DNA of 59,192 nucleotides from Candidatus Omnitrophota bacterium (GTDB taxonomy: Bacteria; Omnitrophota; Gorgyraeia; Gygaellales; Profunditerraquicolaceae). The translations under genes were made by a program, and so were the position numbers. This document shows, piece after piece, positions 1-9,774 of this stretch (position 1 is its first letter; the number at the start of each line of letters is the position of its first letter). The notes beneath the pieces were generated by a model. The model saw only the letters and a program-made list of their open reading frames with translations. It was not told the DNA's origin and made no database searches. Location of the stretch: NCBI GenBank assembly GCA_035402765.1, contig DAONDX010000008.1, positions 1 to 59,192 on the forward strand. Direction: 5' to 3'.

Positions 1-1090
1 TAATTAGTGCTCTTTTTTTATCTATTCCCGACAACATAACCAAAAACTCTTCTCCGCCGAACCGGCATAACAAAGGGTTAAACTGCGCCAGCGTCTCTTT
101 TAATAATAATCCCATCTTCTTTAAAACTAAATCCCCGACGATATGCCCGAATTTATCGTTGTATTGCTTAAAAAAATCTATATCCAGCATCATTAATGAT
201 AAGTGCTGGTCTAAGCGCTGACAACGTCTAGTCTCGTCTCTTAACCGGTCGATAAAATAACCCCGGGTATATAGGGAGGTCAGATCATCATGAATAGCTA
301 AATCCTGTGTTTTTTGAAAAAGCAGGCTGTTTTCCAGAGCCACCGCCCCCAAGTCAGCGACCAAAGATAGAAATCTTAAATCATCCTGATTAAAAAACCC
401 GGATTTTTTACTTTCCAGGCGCAAAAGCCCCAACAAAGAATTATTGCTAATTAAAGGCGAACTGATTAAAGAGGAGATTGAACGCAGATCCTGACGGCTA
501 ATGCTATCGGAATCAAAACGAAAATCATTTTTTAAATTCTCAATGATCAACTGGCTGGAATGCCGCAAAACCCACTGGTCGAATATATCCCCCTCCTTAG
601 TCATCACCACTAAATCACTTTCGTCTTTTATAGAATGCGCCAGACTAAGTTTTTGGTACTGATTATCAACTAGATAGAAAAGGGCTACCCCGGTGCTATT
701 TGAAAGCAGCGTATAAACCGTTGAACTTAAAGTATGGATCAGGATATCCAGCTTCAGCGTATGATTCAGGCTTTCAATTAATTTTTTTAAATTATCGTAA
801 CGGGTAATTTTTAATTTAAGCGCTAAATTATACTCTTGGTTCTTTTTATTTTCCGCATCAACAATATTTATTTCTTCCTGTCGATGTTCGGCGCTTAATT
901 GGATAAGCAGGGTTTTGTTGGAATAAAGTTTAAACAGGCAGGCAACAATAATAAGATTGAGCAGACTAAAGCTAAAAAAAACTAACCAACTGGTCTTTTG
1001 ATGGAAAAAGAAAATATTTATTATCAGCAGAACAAGCGCAAAAAATAGTAAATAAAACCAAATCTTTTTCAGGATTTTAGTTTGTTGCAT
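1..1090 (-). CDS. Membrane-anchored GAF + GGDEF diguanylate cyclase (3' end runs off the window; absent from the ORF track)
   Basis: Manual translation from ATG at 1090: MQQTKILKKIWFYLLFFALVLLII (two hydrophobic segments), a GAF-like region, then HDDLTSLYTRGYF...MMLDIDFFKQYNDKFGHIVGDLVL...CRFGGEEFLVML. The frame is open to the window edge. Confidence 0.9.
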   Translation of the reverse strand, partial: MQQTKILKKIWFYLLFFALVLLIINIFFFHQKTSWLVFFSFSLLNLIIVACLFKLYSNKTLLIQLSAEHRQEEINIVDAENKKNQEYNLALKLKITRYDNLKKLIESLNHTLKLDILIHTLSSTVYTLLSNSTGVALFYLVDNQYQKLSLAHSIKDESDLVVMTKEGDIFDQWVLRHSSQLIIENLKNDFRFDSDSISRQDLRSISSLISSPLISNNSLLGLLRLESKKSGFFNQDDLRFLSLVADLGAVALENSLLFQKTQDLAIHDDLTSLYTRGYFIDRLRDETRRCQRLDQHLSLMMLDIDFFKQYNDKFGHIVGDLVLKKMGLLLKETLAQFNPLLCRFGGEEFLVMLSGIDKKRALI

Positions 1091-1121
1091 AGAACTATTT
1101 AGTTAGGAAGTGTATTAAACG

Positions 1122-2225
1122 TTAGCAAATAGTTTCTTCAGTGTTTTTTTCAAAGAAGTGCACTTTGCTCATATCAAAAACTACGTCCATTTCCTGATTG
1201 ACCTTAGGACGGTCATGCGCGCTGACCCGGGCAATAAAGGTATGCTTACCGGTGTTTAGGTATAGGTAAACTTCTGAACCCATAGGCTCAAATACCTCGC
1301 AATTAACCCGGACAATATTTTCCGGCGGGGCTTGCGAAACGAATAATTTATCATAGATATCTTCGGAACGGATACCGAAAATCACCTCCCGATCCACATA
1401 ATTAGCCATCTTTTTATGCATATCTTCGACCAGCTTTACCTGGAGTTTGCCTTCATCAAAATAAAGCTTTCCTTCTTTTTTAATGATTTTGCCCTCCATA
1501 AAGTTCATCGGTGGCGAACCGATAAAGCTAGCCACAAATTTATTCTTCGGATGATCATAAACATCAATCGGATCCCCTAATTGGGCAACTACTCCGTCTT
1601 TCATTACCGCGATACGATCACCCATAGTCATAGCTTCCACTTGATCATGGGTAACATAAATAATCGTCGTCTGCAGGCGGATATGAAGCTTGTGGATCTC
1701 AGTGCGCATCTGCACGCGCATCTTAGCATCCAGGTTGCTTAAAGGCTCGTCAAACAAAAAGACCATCGGCTTTCTAACAATCGCTCTGCCTACGGCCACC
1801 CGCTGGCGTTCTCCACCGGAAAGTTCACGCGGTTTACGTTTTAATAATCTTTTAATCCCCAGAATCTCAGCGGCTTCGTTAACCCGCTGCGCGATCTCCT
1901 GTTTAGAAATATGTCTTAAGCGTAAACCAAATGACATATTTTCTTCAACCGTCATATGCGGATAGAGAGCGTAATTCTGAAAAACCATAGCGATATCCCG
2001 GTCTTTAGCCGGAACATCATTAACCCGCTTATCTCCGATATAAATATCTCCGGAGCTAATCTCCTCTAAGCCGGCGATCATTCTTAAAGTGGTAGATTTA
2101 CCGCAGCCGGAAGGACCGACTAAAACCATAAACTCTTTGTTTTCAATGCCTAAATTTACTTTATTTACCGCGGTAACATTACCCGGAAAAACTTTGCATA
2201 CATCCCGCAAACTTACTTGAGCCAT
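1122..2225 (-). CDS. Sugar ABC transporter ATP-binding protein (MalK/UgpC/MsmX family)
   Basis: Walker A GPSGCGKS, signature LSGGERQR, Walker B FLFDE, VTHDQ H-loop, C-terminal TOBE/OB-like region. Confidence 0.93.
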   Translation of the reverse strand: MAQVSLRDVCKVFPGNVTAVNKVNLGIENKEFMVLVGPSGCGKSTTLRMIAGLEEISSGDIYIGDKRVNDVPAKDRDIAMVFQNYALYPHMTVEENMSFGLRLRHISKQEIAQRVNEAAEILGIKRLLKRKPRELSGGERQRVAVGRAIVRKPMVFLFDEPLSNLDAKMRVQMRTEIHKLHIRLQTTIIYVTHDQVEAMTMGDRIAVMKDGVVAQLGDPIDVYDHPKNKFVASFIGSPPMNFMEGKIIKKEGKLYFDEGKLQVKLVEDMHKKMANYVDREVIFGIRSEDIYDKLFVSQAPPENIVRVNCEVFEPMGSEVYLYLNTGKHTFIARVSAHDRPKVNQEMDVVFDMSKVHFFEKNTEETIC

Positions 2226-2330
2226 TTAATTGTCTCCTGTGCGCTTGCTAACTGAAAATTATCAGAGCAGCCGCTTTATTATCATTATTAAATTAAGTGG
2301 TGCGATACCAGGGTAAAAGAAACTTTAATT

Positions 2331-2358
2331 ATTATACAAAATTAAACAAAATAGTCAA
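2331..2358 (-). promoter_or_regulatory. Sigma70-type promoter for the ABC ATPase
   Basis: TTGACT-16 bp-TATAAT on the minus strand. Confidence 0.6.
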
Positions 2359-3181
2359 GCAATTGGCTTAAGGTATCCTTTAAATTTTTACGATGCACAA
2401 TCATATCGATCAACCCGTGGTCCAACAAAAACTCTGAACGTTGAAAACCTACCGGCAATTTTTGCCTGATAGTTTGTTCAATTACTCTGGGCCCGGTAAA
2501 ACCGATCAAAGCATTAGGTTCAGCCATAATTATATCCCCTACTCCGGCAAACGAAGCCATAATCCCGGCCATTGTCGGATTAGTCAACACGGAAATATAG
2601 GGCAGCTTTGCTTTACGGTGATAGGTTAAAGCCGCGCAGGTTTTGGCCATCTGCATAAGGCTATATAAACCTTCGTACATACGCGCCCCGCCGCCGGAAC
2701 CGGAAACAATAATCACCGGCAGCTTATTTTTAGTAGCGTACTCGATCGCCCGGGTGATCTTCTCTCCGACTACCGAGCCCATTGAACCCATAATAAAACG
2801 TGAATCGGTTACCGCCATAACCGAGGCTTTAGAATTAATTTTACCTTCACCGGATATCACGGCATCCTTTAGCCCGGTTGCCTCCTGGTCCTGCTTTAAT
2901 TTATCCTTATAAGTCTTGGGACCTTTAAAATCAAGCGGATCAGCCGAAATCATATCCTTATCAAATTCATTAAAAGTATCTTTATCAAATAACAAATTTA
3001 TTCTTTCATATGCCGTCAGACCGAAATGATAATTGCATTTGGGGCAAACCCGGAGATTTTCTTCCAAGGTTTTATTATAAAGAGTCTCCGAACACTCCTC
3101 GCATTTTGTCCACAAACCATCGGGAATTTCTTTTTTCTTCAAACGCACAATGGTGTATTTAGGTTTACCGAACAAAGCCAT
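2342..3181 (-). CDS. accD: Acetyl-CoA carboxylase carboxyltransferase beta subunit
   Basis: CxxC...CxxC zinc finger (WTKCEEC...VCPKC), GSMGSVVGEKI, GGARMYEG, GFTGPRVIEQT. Confidence 0.96.
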   Translation of the reverse strand: MALFGKPKYTIVRLKKKEIPDGLWTKCEECSETLYNKTLEENLRVCPKCNYHFGLTAYERINLLFDKDTFNEFDKDMISADPLDFKGPKTYKDKLKQDQEATGLKDAVISGEGKINSKASVMAVTDSRFIMGSMGSVVGEKITRAIEYATKNKLPVIIVSGSGGGARMYEGLYSLMQMAKTCAALTYHRKAKLPYISVLTNPTMAGIMASFAGVGDIIMAEPNALIGFTGPRVIEQTIRQKLPVGFQRSEFLLDHGLIDMIVHRKNLKDTLSQLLDYFV

Positions 3182-3183
3182 AT

Positions 3184-4473
3184 TTATTCCTTTTCAAATT
3201 TATTAACTACCAGCCCGGAAAGCACCTTGGGATAAAAATAGGTGGATTTAGGAGGCATTTTATTACCGCTTACCGCGATATTAATAATCTGCTGGATCTT
3301 AACCGGGTTTAGAAAAAAGGCGACATTTAAAGGGTCGCTATCTACCTCATCCATTAATTCATAGGGATCCGGGCTATACTTAATAGTCGATAAATTATTT
3401 AAATCCAAATTAAGAATGCTCTTCAATACCAAATAATTCAAAATCGCCACATCCAGGATGCGGTACTCTTTAGGCTTATCCGCAATTAATTTATCCAGCA
3501 TCTTAACGTTTTTAAGCCTTAAAAGAAAATATTTTTTATCTTTATACAGTCCCAACAAATGCTCTGTGCAACCGGCTTTTTCCATTAAAAAGAAAAAGCG
3601 TGCCCGGTCTTTCAGCTGGTCAACATCAAAATATTCTTTGGCCTTTACGATAAAATCATCTAAATTCAGGCGCGTATCTAATTTAAGCAAGCGGTGGATT
3701 GGTAAAATAGACAACCCGCGATAATCAGTATTCGTAAAATATGCCAGGCAAAAATTAAAATCTTCATCACCGGTAAATTGGCTACCCAGTTTTTCCCGCA
3801 TTAAATCCCGGTAAGCGCAGGAAACCTCATAGCGATGGTGGCCGTCGGCAATAAACATATTTTCATTATTCATACTGGATTCAATGGTCTTAAGCAGATC
3901 CGGATCAGTCAACCGCCACAACTTATGCACGGTTTTTTCATCATCAACAACTTCGATAAAAGGCTTAAGCGCCGGGATTTGCTTTTGGAAGATACGCTGA
4001 ATAATGCGTTTTTTATCCAGAAAAATTATAAAAATCGGGCTCAGGTTAGCTTTGACCTGTTTGACCAGCTTAAATCTGTCCAGTTTTGCGGCATTATGGG
4101 TATTTTCATGCCCAAAAACAGCAGAACTTTTTTCATCTCCAAGCCGCAGCAAAGAAATAAACCCCAGGCGTGTTTTCTTCTCACCCCGGATAACATATTG
4201 CTGGCTGTAAAAATATACAGCCGGCTGTTCATCCTGGATCAGCACATCCTCTTTAAGCCAATCCCTAAAGATCATTGCCGCCCGGCGATACTTATCATCA
4301 GCCGAAGAATCTTTAGCTAAAAGAATATGGATAAAATTATACAGTGAGCGCTCATGGAGGATATCCTGAGCTTGAGAGGAAATTACATCATATGGCGGGC
4401 AGATCACCTGCTTAAAATCCCGGATCTTTTCCGGATTATACACTACTGCTTTAAAAGCTTTTGTTTTGCTCAT
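3184..4473 (-). CDS. DUF1015 family protein (ParB/Srx-like fold)
   Basis: PPYDVIS, GHENT, NLSPIF, FIADGHHRY, ILPIHR, KMPPKSTYFYPKVLSGLV motifs typical of DUF1015. Confidence 0.88.
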   Translation of the reverse strand: MSKTKAFKAVVYNPEKIRDFKQVICPPYDVISSQAQDILHERSLYNFIHILLAKDSSADDKYRRAAMIFRDWLKEDVLIQDEQPAVYFYSQQYVIRGEKKTRLGFISLLRLGDEKSSAVFGHENTHNAAKLDRFKLVKQVKANLSPIFIIFLDKKRIIQRIFQKQIPALKPFIEVVDDEKTVHKLWRLTDPDLLKTIESSMNNENMFIADGHHRYEVSCAYRDLMREKLGSQFTGDEDFNFCLAYFTNTDYRGLSILPIHRLLKLDTRLNLDDFIVKAKEYFDVDQLKDRARFFFLMEKAGCTEHLLGLYKDKKYFLLRLKNVKMLDKLIADKPKEYRILDVAILNYLVLKSILNLDLNNLSTIKYSPDPYELMDEVDSDPLNVAFFLNPVKIQQIINIAVSGNKMPPKSTYFYPKVLSGLVVNKFEKE

Positions 4474-4593
4474 GGAAGTTGCTGGCTAAAAAGTTGAATT
4501 TAAGACTTGAGGAATTAGTTTATCATAAAATAATCTAAAAACAATCAAATAAAACAAATTTATTTACGCAGGAAACCCATTTCTACCGGATGA

Positions 4594-4854
4594 TTAATGT
4601 CCTGAACAACCCGTACATCCGCCATGGGCTTTAGGGCAAGCGCTAAGCGCAGCACTGTTGTGCGGTTTGCTAACTTTCTTATAATCCGTAGCGTAAAAAC
4701 CTGGCCCCTTAAAAATAAAAGCGCCCGCGCTACTAATTAATTTTTTTAGTTTTTTACCGCATTTTGGACACTTAGTTTTAGGCTTTGAGGTAATGCTCTG
4801 CAAAACCTCGAATTTATGTTTGCAAGATAAACATTCATACTCATAAGTAGGCAT
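4594..4854 (-). CDS. FmdB family zinc-ribbon protein
   Basis: MPTYEYECLSC...CPKCG...FIFKGPGFYATDY pattern, plus a Cys-rich C-terminus. Confidence 0.9.
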   Translation of the reverse strand: MPTYEYECLSCKHKFEVLQSITSKPKTKCPKCGKKLKKLISSAGAFIFKGPGFYATDYKKVSKPHNSAALSACPKAHGGCTGCSGH

Positions 4855-4866
4855 TTCTTCCTCTCT

Positions 4867-6030
4867 CTAACGAAATGATTTTTTAAATTTATCCGTAAAA
4901 CTTTCCCGGTTACCTAAATTTTCACCATTTAAGCGGGCAAATTCCTCGATGAGCTGTCTTTGCTGGGCCGTCAACTTTGCGGGAATTTCAATATCCACTC
5001 TTACCAGTTCATCACCGATATCCCGGGAATGCAAATCCGGCATACCTTTACCTTTAAGGCGGAAAGTTTTGCCGCATTGAGTGCCCGCGGGAATTTTCAT
5101 CATTAACTTGCCATCTAAAGCCGGAACCTCAACCTCGCCTCCCAAGATCGCCTTAGCTAAACTTATCGTTACCGCTGTAGCGATATCATTGTGGTGACGC
5201 TGGAAAATATCATGCTCTCTTACTTCGATCACTACATATAAATCACCCCGGCTATTCAATCCCGCCTCGCCTTCGCTGCGCACGCGAAGCTGAGAGCTAT
5301 TATCCACTCCGGCAGGAATCTTAACCTTTATTTTTTTAGTAACCTTAACCCGCCCTTCGCCCCGGCAATCCGGACAGGGAGATCCGACAATGGAACCCTC
5401 TCCGCCGCAACGCGAACAAGTTTGAGCCAATTGAAAGAACCCGTTAGAAACCACGGTTTTGCCCTGCCCTTTACATTGAGAACAAACCGTTCTTTTAGTG
5501 CCGGGCTTAGCTCCGCTGCCGGAACAAGTAGGACAAGTTTCATAACGCGGCACGGTAATAATTTTCTCCACGCCCTGCGAGGCTTCCTCCAGCGAAATTT
5601 CAATGGCGATTTGTAAATCCCGGCCCCTTCGGCGGGAACCTGACGGCCGGGCCTGCCTTGAACCGGAGACATCAAATCCTAAATCACCGAAAAGTTCTTC
5701 GAAAATACTCCCCCCGCCGCCGGATCCGCCGCCCATCCCCCTGAAAATACTGCTAAAATCGGCCCCCTTAAAGATATCTTCCTGAGCATATTTCTGGTCG
5801 ATACCGGAATGCCCGTATTGATCATAGAGATCGCGTTTAGAAGAATCCGAAAGCACAGCATAGGCTTCCGAAATTCCTTTAAATTTTTCTTCCGCGGCTT
5901 TTTTTTCACTTTCCGGCACGCGGTCCGGATGAAACTTCATCGCCATCTCACGATAGGCCTTTTTGATTTCATCCAGACTTGCGCCCCGGGGAACCCCCAG
6001 TATCTCGTAATAATCACCCTTAACAGACAT
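4867..6030 (-). CDS. dnaJ: Chaperone DnaJ
   Basis: J-domain with HPD, G/F-rich region, four CxxCxGxG repeats, C-terminal domain. Confidence 0.97.
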   Translation of the reverse strand: MSVKGDYYEILGVPRGASLDEIKKAYREMAMKFHPDRVPESEKKAAEEKFKGISEAYAVLSDSSKRDLYDQYGHSGIDQKYAQEDIFKGADFSSIFRGMGGGSGGGGSIFEELFGDLGFDVSGSRQARPSGSRRRGRDLQIAIEISLEEASQGVEKIITVPRYETCPTCSGSGAKPGTKRTVCSQCKGQGKTVVSNGFFQLAQTCSRCGGEGSIVGSPCPDCRGEGRVKVTKKIKVKIPAGVDNSSQLRVRSEGEAGLNSRGDLYVVIEVREHDIFQRHHNDIATAVTISLAKAILGGEVEVPALDGKLMMKIPAGTQCGKTFRLKGKGMPDLHSRDIGDELVRVDIEIPAKLTAQQRQLIEEFARLNGENLGNRESFTDKFKKSFR

Positions 6031-6032
6031 GT

Positions 6033-7931
6033 TTATTTTTTACCGCCTTGGTCTTCTTCCTTATACTCCGCGTCAATGATGTCTTCATCTTTTTTTCCGG
6101 TTTCCTTAGGCTCCGCAGCATCATCCGGCTGGCCAGCGGGTTCCGCCTGACCGGCATTTTGAGACTTTTGCTGTTTAGCCGCTGCCTGTTTATAAATTTC
6201 TTCCGCCAGCTTATGGGAAACTTTGGTCAACTCTTCCATACCATTCTTTATACGGTCAATATTTTTATCTTTGATCGCATTCTTTAAATCATTGACCTTA
6301 GCTTCAATATCAGCACGTTCAGTTTGACTAACTTTATCCCCGTAATCCTTTAAGGATTTTTCGGTGGCATAGATCAAATTATCCGCTTGATTGATCGTTT
6401 CAATTTCTTCTTTTTTCTTGGCGTCATCAGAAGCGAATTTTTCTGCATCCTTAACCATTTTATCAATCTCTTCTTTAGACAATTTTTTAGGAGCGCTAAT
6501 GCGGATAGATTGTTCCTTACCGGTGCCCAAATCTTTGGCGGAAACATGCACAATCCCGTCACGGTCAATATCGAATTTGACTTCGATCTGCGGCACGCCG
6601 CGCGTAGCAGCAGGAATTCCGACTAAATCAAATCTTCCTAACTCCACGTTATCATCGGCTAAAGGTCGCTCACCTTGAAGAACCCGGATAGTGACTGCGG
6701 TCTGATTATCCGCCGCGGTTGAAAATATCTGGCTTTTTTGGGTAGGAATCGAAGCGTTCCTCTCAATCAATTTGGTATTAACTCCGCCTAAAGTTTCAAT
6801 ACCTAAAGAAAGCGGAGTAACATCCAAAAGCAGTACATCTTTAACTTCTCCGGTAATGATCGCTGCCTGGACTGCCGCCCCTAAAGCTACACACTCCATC
6901 GGGTCGACTCCCCGCTCAATTTTCTTACCTACATATTCTTCCACAAATTTTTGCACAATCGGCATCCGGGTAGGCCCGCCAACCATGATAATCCGGTCAA
7001 CCTCTTTAGAGGTCAGCTTGGCATCATTCAACGCCTGCTCCATAGGATGTTGGCAGCGCTGGATAATCGGACCGACCAGATCCTCCAATTTTGCCCGGGT
7101 AATGGTCATCGCTAAATGCTTGGGCCCGGTAGCATCTGCGGTAATAAAAGGTAAATTGATATCTGTACTCACCGTAGAAGATAACTCAATCTTGGCCTTT
7201 TCCGCTCCTTCACGCACCCTCTGCACCGCCATTTTATCATTCATCAGGTCGATGCCTGTTTCACGTTTAAATTGCCCGACAATATATTCAAGCAAAACCC
7301 GGTCCATGTCTGTTCCGCCCAACTGTGTATCTCCGCTGGTTGACTGCACATGGAATACCCCCTGGGCCATCTCCATGATCGTAACATCCAAAGTACCGCC
7401 ACCTAAATCAAAAACCATAATTTTTTGTTCTTTATCCGCTTTCTCTAAACCGTAAGCTAAACAGGCAGCCGTAGGCTCATTGATAATACGCAAAACTTTT
7501 AAACCCGCGATCTCACCGGCATCCTTGGTCGCCTGCCGTTGATTATCGTCAAAATACGCCGGGCACGTAATTACCACATCTTCCACCTTATCTCCCAGAT
7601 AAGCCTCCGCATCCTGTTTTATTTTTTGCAGGATAAAGGCGGAAATCTGCTGCGGGGTATATTCTTTACCATGGGCTTTAAATTTAAAATCTGTACCCAT
7701 TTTACGTTTAGCCGCCTGAATTGTGCCTTCGGCATTAATCGCTGCTTGGCGCCTTGCCGGTTCTCCCACCAAGCGCTGGCCATCTTTAGTAAAAGCAACA
7801 TAAGATGGAAAAGCTTTACCTGAAGCAATTCCCGCCCCTTCAGCTGAAGGTATAATTACGGGCCGACCGCCCTCCATAACCGCAGCTGCCGAGTTGGATG
7901 TTCCTAAGTCAATCCCGATTACTTTTGCCAT
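6033..7931 (-). CDS. dnaK: Chaperone DnaK (Hsp70)
   Basis: [50 protein letters not shown] tail. Confidence 0.98.
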   Translation of the reverse strand: MAKVIGIDLGTSNSAAAVMEGGRPVIIPSAEGAGIASGKAFPSYVAFTKDGQRLVGEPARRQAAINAEGTIQAAKRKMGTDFKFKAHGKEYTPQQISAFILQKIKQDAEAYLGDKVEDVVITCPAYFDDNQRQATKDAGEIAGLKVLRIINEPTAACLAYGLEKADKEQKIMVFDLGGGTLDVTIMEMAQGVFHVQSTSGDTQLGGTDMDRVLLEYIVGQFKRETGIDLMNDKMAVQRVREGAEKAKIELSSTVSTDINLPFITADATGPKHLAMTITRAKLEDLVGPIIQRCQHPMEQALNDAKLTSKEVDRIIMVGGPTRMPIVQKFVEEYVGKKIERGVDPMECVALGAAVQAAIITGEVKDVLLLDVTPLSLGIETLGGVNTKLIERNASIPTQKSQIFSTAADNQTAVTIRVLQGERPLADDNVELGRFDLVGIPAATRGVPQIEVKFDIDRDGIVHVSAKDLGTGKEQSIRISAPKKLSKEEIDKMVKDAEKFASDDAKKKEEIETINQADNLIYATEKSLKDYGDKVSQTERADIEAKVNDLKNAIKDKNIDRIKNGMEELTKVSHKLAEEIYKQAAAKQQKSQNAGQAEPAGQPDDAAEPKETGKKDEDIIDAEYKEEDQGGKK

Positions 7932-8012
7932 TTTAATTTCCTCCTCATTTTCTCCTGCCTCCGGCGTTCGGGGAAAAATGATCCCGAACTCCTGCGAGTG
8001 GAGAAGTTTAGT

Positions 8013-8576
8013 TTAAGTTGTCTTTTTAGAAACTTTTACCTTAGCGGTTCTCAATACCCGCCCGTGAATTAGATATCCTTTTTGCAACACCTCGATAATT
8101 GTATGTTCCGGCAGTTCTTTGTCTTCAACCTGCATCAAAGCTTCATGAAAATTAGGGTCAAACATTTTACCTTCGGCTTCAATTAACTTAACTTCATGAT
8201 TCTTAAGCATTTCATACAAATGTACCAAAATCATTTCCACGCCTTTTATAAAAGTAGACAAATCCTCTTTGCCGGTCTCTGCTAAATTCACCGTACGCTC
8301 CAGGTCATCCAGAACATTAAGTAAATCCAGGATCAGGCTCTCATTAGCAAATTTTACAAACTCCCGTTTTTCCCGGTCCAGGCGTTTACGGGTATTTTCA
8401 AGGTCAGCCTGATTACGCAGCATCTTCTCCCAACCATCTTTGCCTTTTTTAACCTCATCCAAAAGAGACAAATATTCCGCTTCCCGCAAAGTAATCAACT
8501 TTTCTTCCTTTTTCGGATTATCTTGATGCTCTTTTTGCTCGGCCGCGTTTTTTTGATTATTCTTATTTTCTTCCAT
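8013..8576 (-). CDS. grpE: Nucleotide exchange factor GrpE
   Basis: RNQADLENTRKR, FDPNFHEAL, LQKGYLIHGRVLRTAKVKV. Confidence 0.96.
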   Translation of the reverse strand: MEENKNNQKNAAEQKEHQDNPKKEEKLITLREAEYLSLLDEVKKGKDGWEKMLRNQADLENTRKRLDREKREFVKFANESLILDLLNVLDDLERTVNLAETGKEDLSTFIKGVEMILVHLYEMLKNHEVKLIEAEGKMFDPNFHEALMQVEDKELPEHTIIEVLQKGYLIHGRVLRTAKVKVSKKTT

Positions 8577-8581
8577 ATCCC

Positions 8582-9331
8582 TTAAAAATCCTCCAAAATT
8601 TGGTTCAAAACATCTGCAATATATTCCATCGTCGGAATAATATGATTATACTCCATACGCATCGGCCCTAATACCGCCAATCTGCCGGAAGGTTGATTTT
8701 TCAGTTTAAAACCCGAAACAATCAAAGAGCAGTTTTCCATCTCCGGAAATCCCAACTCGCTTCCGATATATACCTTGACCTTGCCCGAAAAATCCCGGTT
8801 AATAATATCCAGCAGCTTTCCTTTGTCTTCCATTAATCTAACCAAAAGGCGGATCTTATCAGCATCCTTGAACTCCGGTTGATCAAGTATGCGGCTAATA
8901 CCCTTATAGAATATTTTATCCTGCCACTGTAGAAATGAAACAATCCCGGCATAATGAGTAATTTCAGAGATCACCTCAGAAGTATTCTCTAAAGCTTCAT
9001 CCAGCCGGCGGATCTTTCTTTTACAATCCTTAAGGATACGCTGTTTCTCATCATCTAAAAGCTCCATCTGTTGAATAAGAAAATCCACGTAATAACGATA
9101 ACCTTTATCCGTAGGAATTCTTCCTCCCGAAGTATAAGGATGCTTTAGATAGCCTGATTCATCAAGTTCAGAAAAAATATTGCGGATAGTCGCCGAACTT
9201 AAATCGAACTCATCAGCAATATCATCTGAAGCCACCGGAAGCGCGTTTTTAATATAACGGTTAATTGCCGCGTTTAAAACCGACTTCCTTCTCGAATTAT
9301 AATCTACAGTACGCACTCGCTTGTCTCCCAA
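8582..9331 (-). CDS. hrcA: Heat-inducible repressor HrcA (short form, 249 aa)
   Basis: wHTH with SSATIRNIFSELDESGYLKHPYTSGGRIPTDKGYRYYVD; C-terminal DQPEF and VLGPMRMEY; upstream CIRCE; precedes grpE-dnaK-dnaJ. Confidence 0.92.
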   Translation of the reverse strand: MGDKRVRTVDYNSRRKSVLNAAINRYIKNALPVASDDIADEFDLSSATIRNIFSELDESGYLKHPYTSGGRIPTDKGYRYYVDFLIQQMELLDDEKQRILKDCKRKIRRLDEALENTSEVISEITHYAGIVSFLQWQDKIFYKGISRILDQPEFKDADKIRLLVRLMEDKGKLLDIINRDFSGKVKVYIGSELGFPEMENCSLIVSGFKLKNQPSGRLAVLGPMRMEYNHIIPTMEYIADVLNQILEDF

Positions 9332-9363
9332 TTACGTGTTTGCCGCTTCAACGCCAAGCCGTA

Positions 9364-9391
9364 ATTCTAACACAAACTACTATTTTGTCAA
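9364..9391 (-). promoter_or_regulatory. Sigma70-type promoter of the hrcA operon
   Basis: TTGACA-16 bp-TAGAAT with TGn extended -10. Confidence 0.7.
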
Positions 9392-9396
9392 CTAAA

Positions 9397-9423
9397 TTAG
9401 CACTTAAATCACCAGAGTGCTAA
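9397..9423. promoter_or_regulatory. CIRCE element (HrcA operator)
   Basis: TTAGCACTT-AAATCACCA-GAGTGCTAA, one mismatch to consensus TTAGCACTC-N9-GAGTGCTAA, just upstream of the -35. Confidence 0.93.
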
Positions 9424-9441
9424 CTTATAGCCAAAAAAAAT

Positions 9442-9699
9442 TCAGACCTCCTTTCCTAGAATAATTTTTAATCCGGCAATATTTACCCGTTTGCGCACCA
9501 TCAGATAATGCACATATTCCAACCTCTTTAAATCTTTCAACGAATAAAGCCGATTTTTTTTGCCCACGCGTTTAGGCCGTACCACTCCGGCTTTATCTAA
9601 CTGGCGTAAAGTCCATACCGGTATATCTACCAGCTTACAAACTACGCTAATAACGTACACCGGCTCTGAAGGTGCGATTCTCAAACCTAATGCCGCCAT
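9442..9699 (-). CDS. MerR-family HTH regulator, HspR-like (85 aa; start moved to ATG 9699 after AGGAGG)
   Basis: PVYVISVV..L..TLRQLD..G.V.PKR...NRLYS.KD...VNIAGLKII resembles the HspR/GlnR N-terminal domain. Confidence 0.8.
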   Translation of the reverse strand: MAALGLRIAPSEPVYVISVVCKLVDIPVWTLRQLDKAGVVRPKRVGKKNRLYSLKDLKRLEYVHYLMVRKRVNIAGLKIILGKEV

Positions 9700-9718
9700 C
9701 TTGCCTCCTGACAAAGTA

Positions 9719-9747
9719 ATGTTAACATACCTATTTTAATTTGTCAA
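9719..9747 (-). promoter_or_regulatory. Promoter of the MerR/HspR-like gene
   Basis: TTGACA-17 bp-TAACAT; the -10 lies in a perfect palindrome ATGTTAACAT (9719-9728). Confidence 0.65.
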
Positions 9748-9774
9748 GTAAAATAATTAATTTTGTTAGGTAAT

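Noticed and set aside
6772-7455. 227-aa + strand ORF, plus other + ORFs across dnaK/dnaJ
   Set aside because: Antisense shadows of highly conserved genes; long antisense ORFs opposite dnaK are a known artefact; no RBS or recognisable motifs.
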